The position numbers were made by a program, and so were the translations under genes. From assembly GCA_964429215.1 (NCBI GenBank), contig CAYSAY010000001.1, forward strand, positions 27,931 to 91,930: a stretch of DNA of 64,000 nt, read 5' to 3'. Below are positions 37,735 through 47,800 of the stretch, one piece after another (within the stretch, counting starts at the first letter, position 1; each line of letters begins with the position of its first letter). The notes beneath the pieces are model-generated. The model was not told the DNA's origin. It worked only from the letters and a program-made list of their open reading frames with translations, and searched no databases. Source of the stretch: an uncultured Gammaproteobacteria bacterium. GTDB lineage: Bacteria; Patescibacteriota; Microgenomatia; UBA8517.

Positions 37735-38394
37735 ATGAATCGTCGTAAAGTAGTCAAACTTGCTAGTCTAATTTCAGGTCTTTCGGGACTTACAATTCTT
37801 GTATCTTCAGTATGGCCAATAGTAGAATATCAGTTAACTGAGGCCAGATCTTATACAACATTATTATCACCATTAGTAATAACAAAAGAAGATCAGGTAC
37901 AAAAAACAGGTGATTTAACAAAAGCTTCTAATTGGTTTCCAGATGCTCCTAAAAATGATCAGTTCGAGAAGTCAAAAGTTGATTTCTATACAATTTCGAT
38001 ACCAAAATTAAAAATTGATAATGCAATTGTTTCAATAGGTGGGGAAGATTTGTCAAAAAATCTTGTTCAGTATCCTGGAACTGCATTACCTGGAAAAAAT
38101 GGAAATGCAGTAGTTTTTGGCCATTCAGTTTTACCAATTTTTTATAACCCAAAAAATTATATGGCAATATTCTCTACTCTTCCAACACTTAAAACAGGTG
38201 ACGACATACTAGTTAATTATGACGGAGTTGCCTTTAAATTTTTAGTGGAGGAAATGTTTGAGATTTATCCTTCAGACATTCAAATATTAGAGCAAAATCC
38301 ATCAGATTCGTTTTTGACGTTAGTCACTTGTACTCCACCAGGGGACCCTAGAAATCCTAAGAGATTGATAGTAAGGGCCAGAGTTACTTCTTGA
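37735..38394 (+). CDS. Sortase (transpeptidase)
   Basis: N-terminal membrane anchor, VVFGHSV (His), LTLVTCTP (TLXTC Cys), RLIVRARV (Arg). Confidence 0.8.
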   Translation: MNRRKVVKLASLISGLSGLTILVSSVWPIVEYQLTEARSYTTLLSPLVITKEDQVQKTGDLTKASNWFPDAPKNDQFEKSKVDFYTISIPKLKIDNAIVSIGGEDLSKNLVQYPGTALPGKNGNAVVFGHSVLPIFYNPKNYMAIFSTLPTLKTGDDILVNYDGVAFKFLVEEMFEIYPSDIQILEQNPSDSFLTLVTCTPPGDPRNPKRLIVRARVTS

Positions 38395-38432
38395 AGTTGT
38401 ATAATAGACATAATGAGATTAAGCATAAAGCT

Positions 38433-38843
38433 ATGAAATATTTAGGAATCGATTACGGAAGAAAAAAAATAGGATTGGCTGTTTCTGATGGAAAACTTGC
38501 AGAACCATATCAAGTAATTCGTTGTGCAGATTATGAAAAAATGATTTTTCATATTAAAAGAATAGTCGAAAAACAGAAAATAGAAATAGTTGTGGTTGGA
38601 ATGTCTGAGAATGAAATGGGAGAGGAGATTAAAAAGTTTGTTGAAAATATGAAAACTTTGTTAAACCCAACTTCGGAGAAGCAAGCTCGGCTTATTCCCT
38701 GTGTTCTTTCTGATGAGACTTTGTCGAGCCATGATGCAATTGAAATGTCTATCCAGTCTGGTATGGGAAGAAAGAAAAGAAAAGAAATGGAGGATGCCTT
38801 CGCCGCCTCAATAATGCTTCAAAATTATTTGGATAGAAGTTAA
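38433..38843 (+). CDS. ruvX: Putative pre-16S rRNA nuclease YqgF/RuvX
   Basis: MKYLGIDYGRKKIGLAVSD. The ORF track extends to 38391, but a start at 38433 fits the family. Confidence 0.75.
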   Translation: MKYLGIDYGRKKIGLAVSDGKLAEPYQVIRCADYEKMIFHIKRIVEKQKIEIVVVGMSENEMGEEIKKFVENMKTLLNPTSEKQARLIPCVLSDETLSSHDAIEMSIQSGMGRKKRKEMEDAFAASIMLQNYLDRS

Positions 38844-38888
38844 TTCTACTGCTTGTTTTATCTTAATTCATGATATAATTTCAGTAGT

Positions 38889-39086
38889 ATGTTTAAGAAT
38901 GTAATTGCTCCAATTCAGGCTTGGTTAATGTCACAGGGAAAATGTGTTGGTTGTGGAATGCCTCTTTCTGACGGATCAAAGAAAAAGAACAAAAATGGTG
39001 AAATGGTAACTTGTAAATGTGGAAGAATTTACATCAAAAATTCTAAGACTAAAAAGTACAGAAGAGCACTCCTAAGTGAGGTTTGA
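38889..39086 (+). CDS. Small zinc-ribbon protein (hypothetical)
   Basis: CVGCG...CKCG. Confidence 0.35.
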   Translation: MFKNVIAPIQAWLMSQGKCVGCGMPLSDGSKKKNKNGEMVTCKCGRIYIKNSKTKKYRRALLSEV

Positions 39087-39101
39087 TATAATAGATCTTC
39101 A

Positions 39102-40055
39102 ATGCTGAAAAAAATAGTCGTTGTAATAATTTCTTTATTTTTAATATTTATTCTTGGATCATTCTATGTAAGGACCTTATTTTTAGCTCCTTCTAATGAT
39201 TCTCAAATAGTTAGCTTCATGGTAGATAAAGGTTCATCGATTACTAAAATTGCAAATAATTTACAAAAAAATGGGTTTGTTAAAAATGCTTATATTTTTA
39301 AGTACTACGTACAGTTTACAGGTATCCAAAATAAAATTCAGGCTGGCGAATTTGACTTAAGTAAAAATTTATCAGTTACTCAGATTATTGAGAAACTTAA
39401 AAAAGGACCAACTGAAGTTTTAGTGACTATTCCTGAAGGACTTCGAAGAGAAGAGATTGCACAGAGATTTAAAACTGCATTAAATAAGGATGATGTTTTT
39501 GTTACAGAATTTATGACACTAACAGCTTCAAAAGAAGGGTATTTGTTCCCTGATAGTTATTTATTTCCAAAAGAGGCGACAGCAGTTCAAATAGTAAATC
39601 GAATAACTTCAACATTTAATTTAAAAGTTAAAGATGCTACTTTTAATCAAATAATTATGGCCTCTATGCTTGAGAGAGAAACATTTGCAGACAGTGAAAA
39701 GCCAATTGTTGCTGGAGTACTTTATAAAAGAATTGAAAATGAATGGCCATTGCAGGTTGATGCAACATTACAATATGCCAAAGATAGTTTAAAATTTAAA
39801 ACAATAAGTTCAGGAAATAAATATTGGGATCCGATATATTCTGAAGATAAAGAAATCAATTCGCCATTTAATACTTATAAAAACTTGGGGTTACCTCCAA
39901 GCCCTATATCAAACCCAGGATTGACATCAATTCTTGCTTCAATTTCGCCAGAAACTTCTGATTATTGGTACTATATTCATGATAATGATGGCAATATCCA
40001 TTTTGGGAGGACTCTTGAAGAACACAATGCAAACATTGCGAAATATCTAAATTAG
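39102..40055 (+). CDS. mltG: Endolytic murein transglycosylase MltG (YceG family)
   Basis: N-terminal TM, then a YceG-like domain (FLFPDSYLFPK, GLPPSPISNPGL). Confidence 0.75.
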   Translation: MLKKIVVVIISLFLIFILGSFYVRTLFLAPSNDSQIVSFMVDKGSSITKIANNLQKNGFVKNAYIFKYYVQFTGIQNKIQAGEFDLSKNLSVTQIIEKLKKGPTEVLVTIPEGLRREEIAQRFKTALNKDDVFVTEFMTLTASKEGYLFPDSYLFPKEATAVQIVNRITSTFNLKVKDATFNQIIMASMLERETFADSEKPIVAGVLYKRIENEWPLQVDATLQYAKDSLKFKTISSGNKYWDPIYSEDKEINSPFNTYKNLGLPPSPISNPGLTSILASISPETSDYWYYIHDNDGNIHFGRTLEEHNANIAKYLN

Positions 40056-40057
40056 GT

Positions 40058-40090
40058 GTTGACAAGTGTATATCCACTATATATACTCTA
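40058..40090 (+). promoter_or_regulatory. Promoter module TTAGGTGTTGACAAG...TATATA ahead of the toxin-antitoxin pair
   Basis: TTGACA at 40058-40063, with TATATACT/TATATAT downstream. The same 15-nt -35 module recurs at 41366. Confidence 0.5.
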
Positions 40091-40095
40091 TATAT

Positions 40096-40350
40096 ATGAC
40101 AAGCACAGTTATTTTTAAAATTGATTCTAAATTAAAACAAGAGGCACAACAAACCGCTGAAGGTTTGGGATTAACTTTAACTTCTGTTATGAATAATTAT
40201 CTTGTTGATTTTGTAGAAAAGAAATCAGTTTCTTTTGGTAAAACAAAATTTATTGATCCATACGGATCAATGTCTGGTGGGCCAATTTCAGAAAAAGAAA
40301 TTAAAAGTTTTTCCTTAGCTTGGCAAAAAAGAATACAAAAAATTGGATAG
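40096..40350 (+). CDS. RelB/DinJ-family antitoxin
   Basis: MTSTVIFKIDSKLKQEAQQTAEGLGLTLTSVMNNYL is DinJ-like RHH. The ORF track start at 40066 is GTG, and ATG at 40096 is more likely. Confidence 0.6.
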   Translation: MTSTVIFKIDSKLKQEAQQTAEGLGLTLTSVMNNYLVDFVEKKSVSFGKTKFIDPYGSMSGGPISEKEIKSFSLAWQKRIQKIG

Positions 40351-40729
40351 CTATATATTAGATACACATGCATTAATTTGGTATATTCGAGGATTTAGTA
40401 CTATCTCTCTAAAATCAAAGAAAATAATTCAAGAGATATTTGAAGGAAACGCAAATTGTTATATTTCTACAATGGTTGTACTCGAAGCATTTTATGTGAG
40501 CTTAAAACATAGCGATTTCATTTATTCTAATTTTTTAAAGATAATTGATAAACCAAACATTAAAATTGTTTCATTTGACAAAAAAGTATTAAATCAGTCC
40601 GTTGAGCTTCCAGAAAAAATGGATATTCACGATAGAATAATTGTGGCTACAGCAATTATTACCAATACCCCATTAATAACAAAAGACAAGATTTTAAGAG
40701 CTAATTTTCCAAATGAAACTATTTGGTAA
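40343..40729 (+). CDS. vapC: PIN-domain toxin (VapC-like)
   Basis: ILDTHALIW...DRIIVATAIITNTPLITKD. Overlaps the antitoxin by 8 nt. Confidence 0.7.
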   Translation: MDSYILDTHALIWYIRGFSTISLKSKKIIQEIFEGNANCYISTMVVLEAFYVSLKHSDFIYSNFLKIIDKPNIKIVSFDKKVLNQSVELPEKMDIHDRIIVATAIITNTPLITKDKILRANFPNETIW

Positions 40730-40747
40730 TAGTTGTATAATTAACTT

Positions 40748-41359
40748 ATGCAAGAAAATCAAACACAATTACCAGTAAATCAATCAATCAGTGAGACAGT
40801 GATTCAGACAGAACAGTTGCCAAAGAAAAGTAATTTTCTAGTTATCTTGTTATCTAGTTTACTAATTATCTCGCTTGCAATCGCAGGTTTTTTTGCCTTC
40901 CAAACACAAAAACTTGTTAAAGAGTTAACTTTATTACGAATTGAACCAACACCTGTTGTTACTGCAGAACCAACAATTGAGCCAGTTGCAACTAATAGTG
41001 CAACTCCTGATTTAATAGCAACTCCAAAATCGATCGTAAACTTATTTGATGCGATTAATAAAAACTTTAATTTGAGTCTAGTACAAATTGCAGAAAATCA
41101 ATTTTATTCGCCTACTGGAATGATTTCTAAAAAATCGTGGAAAATAGATCTTGTAAATTCAAATCTTGGGAAATCATTTACAACATATATAGCAACCCAA
41201 TTGAGTCCAAACTTTTCTGAATCTGCTGGAGGTGGTGGTGGGGGTGTAGATGCATATGAAAACAGTTTAATTAAATGTTTCCACGTGTATGGTTTTAAAA
41301 GCGGTGATCCAACAAATTGGAAAGATCCTTTTAATTATTTATCCTGTGCTGAAAAATAG
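40748..41359 (+). CDS. Membrane-anchored hypothetical protein (paralog of 22797-23408)
   Basis: Shares the TM and LVKELTLLR segment with the paralog. Confidence 0.45.
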   Translation: MQENQTQLPVNQSISETVIQTEQLPKKSNFLVILLSSLLIISLAIAGFFAFQTQKLVKELTLLRIEPTPVVTAEPTIEPVATNSATPDLIATPKSIVNLFDAINKNFNLSLVQIAENQFYSPTGMISKKSWKIDLVNSNLGKSFTTYIATQLSPNFSESAGGGGGGVDAYENSLIKCFHVYGFKSGDPTNWKDPFNYLSCAEK

Positions 41360-41372
41360 CTATTTTAGGTGT

Positions 41373-41400
41373 TGACAAGGCCTCAAATTTATATATAATC
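41373..41400 (+). promoter_or_regulatory. rpoB promoter (TTGACA-16-TATAAT)
   Basis: TTGACA at 41373-41378 and TATAAT at 41395-41400. A 5'UTR hairpin cccgtttcgatacggg follows. Confidence 0.6.
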
Positions 41401-41468
41401 CTCTTTAGGCGTACATAAGTACGTTTTTCCCGTTTCGATACGGGCTTTACTTTTCGCTAACAAAATCA

Positions 41469-44400
41469 ATGGCTAAAACTAACAAAAGACGCAACTTTGG
41501 AAAAGAAGAACATAATCTTCCTGTACTTGATTTAACACTTGTCCAAAGAGAATCTTGGGAATGGTTTTTAAGTAAAGGTGTAGCAGAAGAACTTAAAGCA
41601 ATTTCTCCAATTGATGACTTCACAGGAAAAAACTGGCAACTATTTTTAGGAGATCATTCACTAGGAAAGCCAACAATTACTGCAAGTTATGCACAACTTA
41701 AAGGATTAACATATTCTTCTCCACTTAAAATTACAGCAACTCTTATTAACAAAAGAACCGGTAAAGAAGTAAGCCAAGAAGTATTCTTGGGAGATCTTCC
41801 TCAAATGACAGCTCGTGGAACATTTATTGTCAACGGTATTGAAAGAGCAGTTATTAATCAAATTGTAAGAAGTCCAGGAATTTATTTCTCAGGAGATTTG
41901 GATGCAACCTCAGGAAGAACACTTTATAAAGCAGAAGTAAGACCTTTACATGGTTCATGGCTTGAATTTGAGGTTACTAGAGGAGATTTAATTTATGCAA
42001 GAATTGATAGAAGAAAGAAAGTTTTGGGAACTGTATTTTTGAAGGCTCTTGGTATGGAATCTGAAAAAGAAATTCTAAATTTCTTTAAAGATTTTGATAT
42101 TGATAAGAATCATAAATATATTGAAGCTACACTTGCAAAAGACACAACAAAGGGAAGAGACGAAGCACTTCTTGAAATTTATCGTAAACTTCGACCTGGA
42201 GAACCAGTTTTAATTGAAAATGCTACTAATTTGTTTGAAAGCATGTTCTTGGATAAGAGAAGATATGATTTAGGAGAAGTTGGAAGATATAAGATTAATA
42301 AAAGATTTGGTGTAAGCGTTGCAGATAAAAATGTAAATGTATTAACTCTTAAAGATATAACTGCATCCTTAACTTATGTATTAGGTTTACAAAATGGAAC
42401 TGGAAGAGTTGATGATATTGATCATTTATCAAACAGAAGACTTAGAAGAGTTGGAGAATTAGTTGGAGTAAATGCCTTTAGAATCGGATTATTAAGACTT
42501 GAAAGATCTGTTAAAGAAAAGATGAGTTTGATTTCACCTGATGATAGACCACTTCCATCAAACTTAATTAATGCAAGACCACTTATTTCATCTTTGAATG
42601 AGTTCTTTAGAAGTAATCAGCTCTCAACAATTTTGGATGATACAAATCCACTTTCAGAAGTAGACAACCTCCGAAGAGTATCAGTTTTGGGTGCAGGTGG
42701 AATTAATAGGGAAAGAGCATCGTTCTCTATTCGTGATGTTAATTCATCTCAATATGGAAGACTTGATCCTGTAAGATCACCTGAAGGACCAAACATTGGT
42801 CTTGTTACTTATCTCTCGTTATACGCACGCGTTAACGAGTACGGATTTTTGGAATCTCCTTATAAAAAGGTTGTTAAAGAAGGTAAAAAAGTAAAAGTAA
42901 CTGACGAGATTGTTTACTTAACAGCAGATGATGAAGAAACATTCCATATCACTCACTCAGGAATTAATATTGATGAAAGTGGTTATATAAAAGATCAAAG
43001 AGTTCCACTTCGAAATCTTGGAAGTTTTGCTGAAGGAGATGTCTCATTAGTTGATTATATTGATATCACACCAAGACAATTGGTTGGTACCTCAGCGTCA
43101 CTTATTCCATTCTTAGCGCATGACGAAGGTAACAGAGCTCTTATGGGATCTAACATGCAATGTCAGGCTGTACCTCTTGTTGCACCAGATTCTCCAGTAG
43201 TTGGAACAGGAATGGAAGCTGAAATTTCAAAAGCTATGGTTAGAAACGTTTTGGCAAGACATGCTGGTGTTGTGGAATATGCTGATAATGAAAAAGTTAT
43301 AGTTAAACTTGATGTGAGTGGTTCCCATAAAAAATTATCTATAGAAGATGCAACTGAAGATATAGATGTTACAGATGGTGGGACAAAGGAAGTTTATTCT
43401 TTAATGAAGTTTAAGAGAACAGCTCATTCTACTTGTTACAATCAAAGAGTTGCAGTAGTACCAGGTGACAAAGTTGTACCAGGTTCACTTCTTGTTGATG
43501 GACCTGCAAGCGCAGGTGGAGAACTTGCATTAGGTCGAAACTTAATGGTTGCATATACTTCATTTGGTGGTTATGGATTTGAAGATGCTATTTTAATTTC
43601 TGAAAGGCTTGTTAAAGATGATTTGTTAACTTCAATTCATATTGAAGAATATGATGCAGAAGTAGTTGATACAAAATTAGGTGCAGAAGAAAGAACAAAA
43701 GATATTCCAAACGTATCAGAAGGTGAGCTTGCAAATTTGGCAGATGATGGAATTGTAGTAATTGGAGCAGAAGTTGGACCAAATGATATCTTGGTTGGTA
43801 AAATTGCACCAAAAGGAGAGACTGAATTAACTTCTGAGGAAAGATTGCTTCGAGCTATATTTGGAGAAAAAGCCCGTGAAGTTAGAGATACGTCCCTTCG
43901 TGTTCCACATGGCGAAAAAGGAATTGTAGTTGGAGTTTCTATCTTAGATCGTAACAAAGGCGATGATTTAGGACCTGGAGTAATTGAAAAGATTACTGTT
44001 AAAGTAGCTCAAATCAGAAAAATTACAGTTGGAGATAAAATTGCAGGAAGACATGGAAATAAGGGTGTTATTGCAAAGATTATGGCAGTTTCTGATATGC
44101 CTTATTTACAAGATGGAACACCAGTAGACATTGTTATTTCACCTCTTTCTGTTCTTTCTCGTATGAACTTAGGACAATTATTAGAAGCTCACTTTGGTCT
44201 TGCTTTACATAACAAAAACGAAAAGGGAGCATTCCCAGTATTTGATCACGTTACCGAAGGGACATTAGTCGAAGAACTTAAATCTGCAAATCTTCCAGTT
44301 ACTGGAAAGATGAGACTTGTTGATGGTAGAACTGGTGAACCATTTAAGGAAGATACAGTAGTTGGTATTGGATACATTTTGAAGTTGACCCACATGGTCG

Positions 44401-44843
44401 AGGACAAGACTCACGCAAGATCAACTGGACCTTACTCATTAGTCACACAACAGCCATTAGGTGGTAAAGCACAAATGGGTGGACAAAGACTTGGAGAAAT
44501 GGAAGTCTGGGCACTTGAGGCTCATAGGGCACAACACATTTTACAAGAGATGTTGACTATTAAGTCAGATGACATCGTAGGACGTGCAAAAGCATTTGAA
44601 GCAATTGTTAAGGGAACTGAAATTCCAGAATCAACTATTCCAGAGTCCTTTAAGGTCCTTGTTCGTGAACTTAACGCTTTAGGCTTAAATATTATTCCAA
44701 AAGGTGTTATACTCGCAAAGGATTCTCCAGTGGAAGACATTAAAGATGGCATCAAATTTGCAGAAGCTTTAGGTGCTGAAGATGTTGCAACTGACGAATT
44801 ATTGGATCCAAAAGGAAAAATGGAGGTAATAGATGCTAACTAA
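41469..44843 (+). CDS. rpoB: DNA-directed RNA polymerase subunit beta
   Basis: 1124 aa with conserved RpoB blocks. Confidence 0.97.
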   Translation: MAKTNKRRNFGKEEHNLPVLDLTLVQRESWEWFLSKGVAEELKAISPIDDFTGKNWQLFLGDHSLGKPTITASYAQLKGLTYSSPLKITATLINKRTGKEVSQEVFLGDLPQMTARGTFIVNGIERAVINQIVRSPGIYFSGDLDATSGRTLYKAEVRPLHGSWLEFEVTRGDLIYARIDRRKKVLGTVFLKALGMESEKEILNFFKDFDIDKNHKYIEATLAKDTTKGRDEALLEIYRKLRPGEPVLIENATNLFESMFLDKRRYDLGEVGRYKINKRFGVSVADKNVNVLTLKDITASLTYVLGLQNGTGRVDDIDHLSNRRLRRVGELVGVNAFRIGLLRLERSVKEKMSLISPDDRPLPSNLINARPLISSLNEFFRSNQLSTILDDTNPLSEVDNLRRVSVLGAGGINRERASFSIRDVNSSQYGRLDPVRSPEGPNIGLVTYLSLYARVNEYGFLESPYKKVVKEGKKVKVTDEIVYLTADDEETFHITHSGINIDESGYIKDQRVPLRNLGSFAEGDVSLVDYIDITPRQLVGTSASLIPFLAHDEGNRALMGSNMQCQAVPLVAPDSPVVGTGMEAEISKAMVRNVLARHAGVVEYADNEKVIVKLDVSGSHKKLSIEDATEDIDVTDGGTKEVYSLMKFKRTAHSTCYNQRVAVVPGDKVVPGSLLVDGPASAGGELALGRNLMVAYTSFGGYGFEDAILISERLVKDDLLTSIHIEEYDAEVVDTKLGAEERTKDIPNVSEGELANLADDGIVVIGAEVGPNDILVGKIAPKGETELTSEERLLRAIFGEKAREVRDTSLRVPHGEKGIVVGVSILDRNKGDDLGPGVIEKITVKVAQIRKITVGDKIAGRHGNKGVIAKIMAVSDMPYLQDGTPVDIVISPLSVLSRMNLGQLLEAHFGLALHNKNEKGAFPVFDHVTEGTLVEELKSANLPVTGKMRLVDGRTGEPFKEDTVVGIGYILKLTHMVEDKTHARSTGPYSLVTQQPLGGKAQMGGQRLGEMEVWALEAHRAQHILQEMLTIKSDDIVGRAKAFEAIVKGTEIPESTIPESFKVLVRELNALGLNIIPKGVILAKDSPVEDIKDGIKFAEALGAEDVATDELLDPKGKMEVIDAN

Positions 44844-47800
44844 TACATTAGATACATTGTTTGAACTTAAGAATTTAGAGGACTTTGGTACTCTAATGAT
44901 TAGGCTTGCATCTCCTGATGATATTCGAAGATGGAGCAAGGGTGAAGTTACAAAACCTGAAACAATTAATTATAGAACTTTAAAGTCTGAAAAAGATGGT
45001 TTGTTTGATGAAAAAATCTTTGGACCTACAAAAGATTGGGAATGTTACTGTGGAAAGTATAAGAGAATTAGATATAAGGGTGTTATTTGTGACAAATGTG
45101 GAGTTGAAGTTACACAAGCTCGAGTAAGAAGAGAGAGAATGGGACATATTAATCTTGCATGTCCAGTTGCTCATATTTGGTTTTTCAAAGGAGCTCCTTC
45201 AAAGATTTCAACAATTTTAGGTGTTGCTCCTCGTGCAATGGAACAAGTTATTTATTTTGCTAGATACATGGCTTTAAATGTTGACGAAGATAAGAAAAAG
45301 GATGCAATTAAACTTCTTGAAACTGCTTTAACTGATAATGAAACACAGATAATTACATCTTTTAAGGAAAAGAAAGATAAACTTTCTGTAGAGGCTGCAA
45401 AAGCAAGAGAGAAGATCGAATCTAAAATCAAAGATAAAGAACAATTATCCCTTGTAATTTCTGAGATTGAACTTGATGCAAGAAAGAAAGAGACTGCACT
45501 TTCTGAAGATGAAAAGGCAAATCTTTCAAGAAATTCAAGACTTTTCGAAAATTTAATTGATTTAGTTAGAAGTCTTAAGTCATTAAGTATTCTTTCTGAA
45601 GAAGAATATGATGAATTGTATACATTTGGTGCAGCTGATTTCTTTGAAGCTAAAATGGGTGCTGAAGCTGTGCTTTCAGTACTTTCTGACGTAAATCTAG
45701 AAAAACTTTCAACAGAACTTCGAAAAGAAGTAGATGAAACTAAAACAACAAGTACAAAGTATATTAAAATTGTTAAGAGGCTTAAGCTTGTAGACGGACT
45801 TAGAAAATCAAAGATTGACCCAACTTGGATGATTATGAAGGTTCTTCCAGTATTACCTCCAGATCTTAGACCTATGGTTCAATTATCAGGTGGAAGGTTT
45901 GCAACATCTGACTTAAATGATTTATATAGAAGAGTAATAAACAGAAATAATAGACTTAAACACTTAATTGGTCTTGGAGCACCTGAGATAATTCTTCGAA
46001 ATGAAAAGAGAATGTTACAAGAAGCTGTTGATTCACTTCTTGATTCATCTCAACGAAAAGCAACAAGAAGAGCAAGAGGTAGACAACCATTAAGATCACT
46101 TTCAGATTTACTTAAAGGAAAACAAGGAAGATTTAGACAGAACTTACTTGGAAAAAGAGTAGATTATTCAGGACGTAGCGTAATTATCGTTGGACCAGAT
46201 CTTAAACTTAATCAATGTGGACTTCCAAAAGAAATGGCACTTGAGATGTTTAAGCCATTTGTGCTTCGTGAAATGATTTCAAGAGGAATTGCACCAAACG
46301 TAAAATCAGCTAAAAACATGCTTGATAGAAGACCACCTGAAGTTTTTGACATATTGGAAGAAATTACAAAAGATCATCCAGTATTGCTTAACCGTGCACC
46401 AACATTGCATAAACTTTCAATTCAAGCATTTTACCCAGTACTTATTGAAGGAAGTGCTATCAGACTTCATCCAGCAGTCTGTTCAGGATTTAATGCTGAC
46501 TTTGATGGAGATCAAATGGCAGTTCATGTTCCACTTTCTACAATGGCAATCGAAGAAGCAAAGACTCTTATGCTTCCAGAACATAATTTATTAAGACCAT
46601 CTGACGGTTCACCTGTCTCAACACCTGCTTCAAAAGAAATGGCACTTGGAGTTTATTACTTAACATCAGTAGATACCAAACTTGAATTAAGCAAGAATAC
46701 TTTCTCAGACAAAGATGAAGCAGTTCTAGCTCATCAAAGTGAGAAAATTGAACTAAGACAACCAATAATGGTTCGTATTGATGGAAAAATAATTGAGACA
46801 ACAGTTGGAAGAGTTTATTTCAATGAAATATTACCTCCTGTATTTGATTTTGTTAACGAAGCAGCGACATCTACTGTTATTAAAAAGTTATTCTCTATCG
46901 CTTATGCCAAATGTGATGCAGCAACAGTAGTTTTGATGATTGATGCTGTAAAGTCATTAGGATTTTCTGCAGGTACAATTTCTGGAATTTCATTTGGAGT
47001 TTTTGATGCAGCACTTCTTCCTGGAAAGAAAGAACTTATTAAAGAAGCTGAAGTTAAAGTTGCCGATATTGAAAACAACTTTAATATGGGTCTTATCACA
47101 GTAGATGAGAAGAAGAGAATGAGAAATGAAGTCTGGGTTGAAGTTACTGAAGATATTGCTGATAAAACATGGGCATTAATGGGACCAACTAATCCTATTA
47201 AAGTTGTTATTGATGCTAAAGTTGGACGTGCTAGCCGTGATCAAGTTAAACAGTTATCTGCTATGAGAGGATTGGTTGTTGATCCACTTGGAAAGATTGT
47301 TGAATTACCTATTAAATCAAACTTTAGAGAAGGACTTTCAGTATTTGAATACGTTACCTCATCTAGAGGATCAAGAAAAGGACTTACTGACTCTGCTATT
47401 AAGACAGCTGATGCTGGTTACTTAACAAGACGTTTGGTTGATGTATCCCATGATTTAATTATTAGACTTGTAGATTGTGAAACAAACGACGGAATTATAA
47501 TTAAGAAATCAGATAGACCTGCAGTATTTGCAGCAAGAATAGTTGGAAGATATTTGACAGCTGATGTTAAAGATGCAAAGGGTAAAGTAATCGCTGTTAA
47601 GGGAGATGCAATTGATGAAGAATTGGCATCAAAATTTGATAAATCAGAAGTTAGTGAAGTTGGAGTAAGATCAGCCTTAACTTGTGGTGCACGACATGGA
47701 CTTTGTTCTAAGTGTTATGGTTGGGATCTATCAACTAAAAAAGATGTGGAACCAGGAACACCAGTTGGAGTAATTGCAGCACAATCTATTGGAGAACCAG

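Noticed and set aside
43612-43957. Antisense ORFs inside rpoB, rpoC, fusA, tuf and ribosomal protein genes (for example 43612-43957, 46568-46801, 51604-51939, 53451-53789, 57014-57472, 57664-58170)
   Set aside because: They are embedded opposite highly conserved genes and have low-complexity translations. This is typical six-frame noise in AT-rich DNA.
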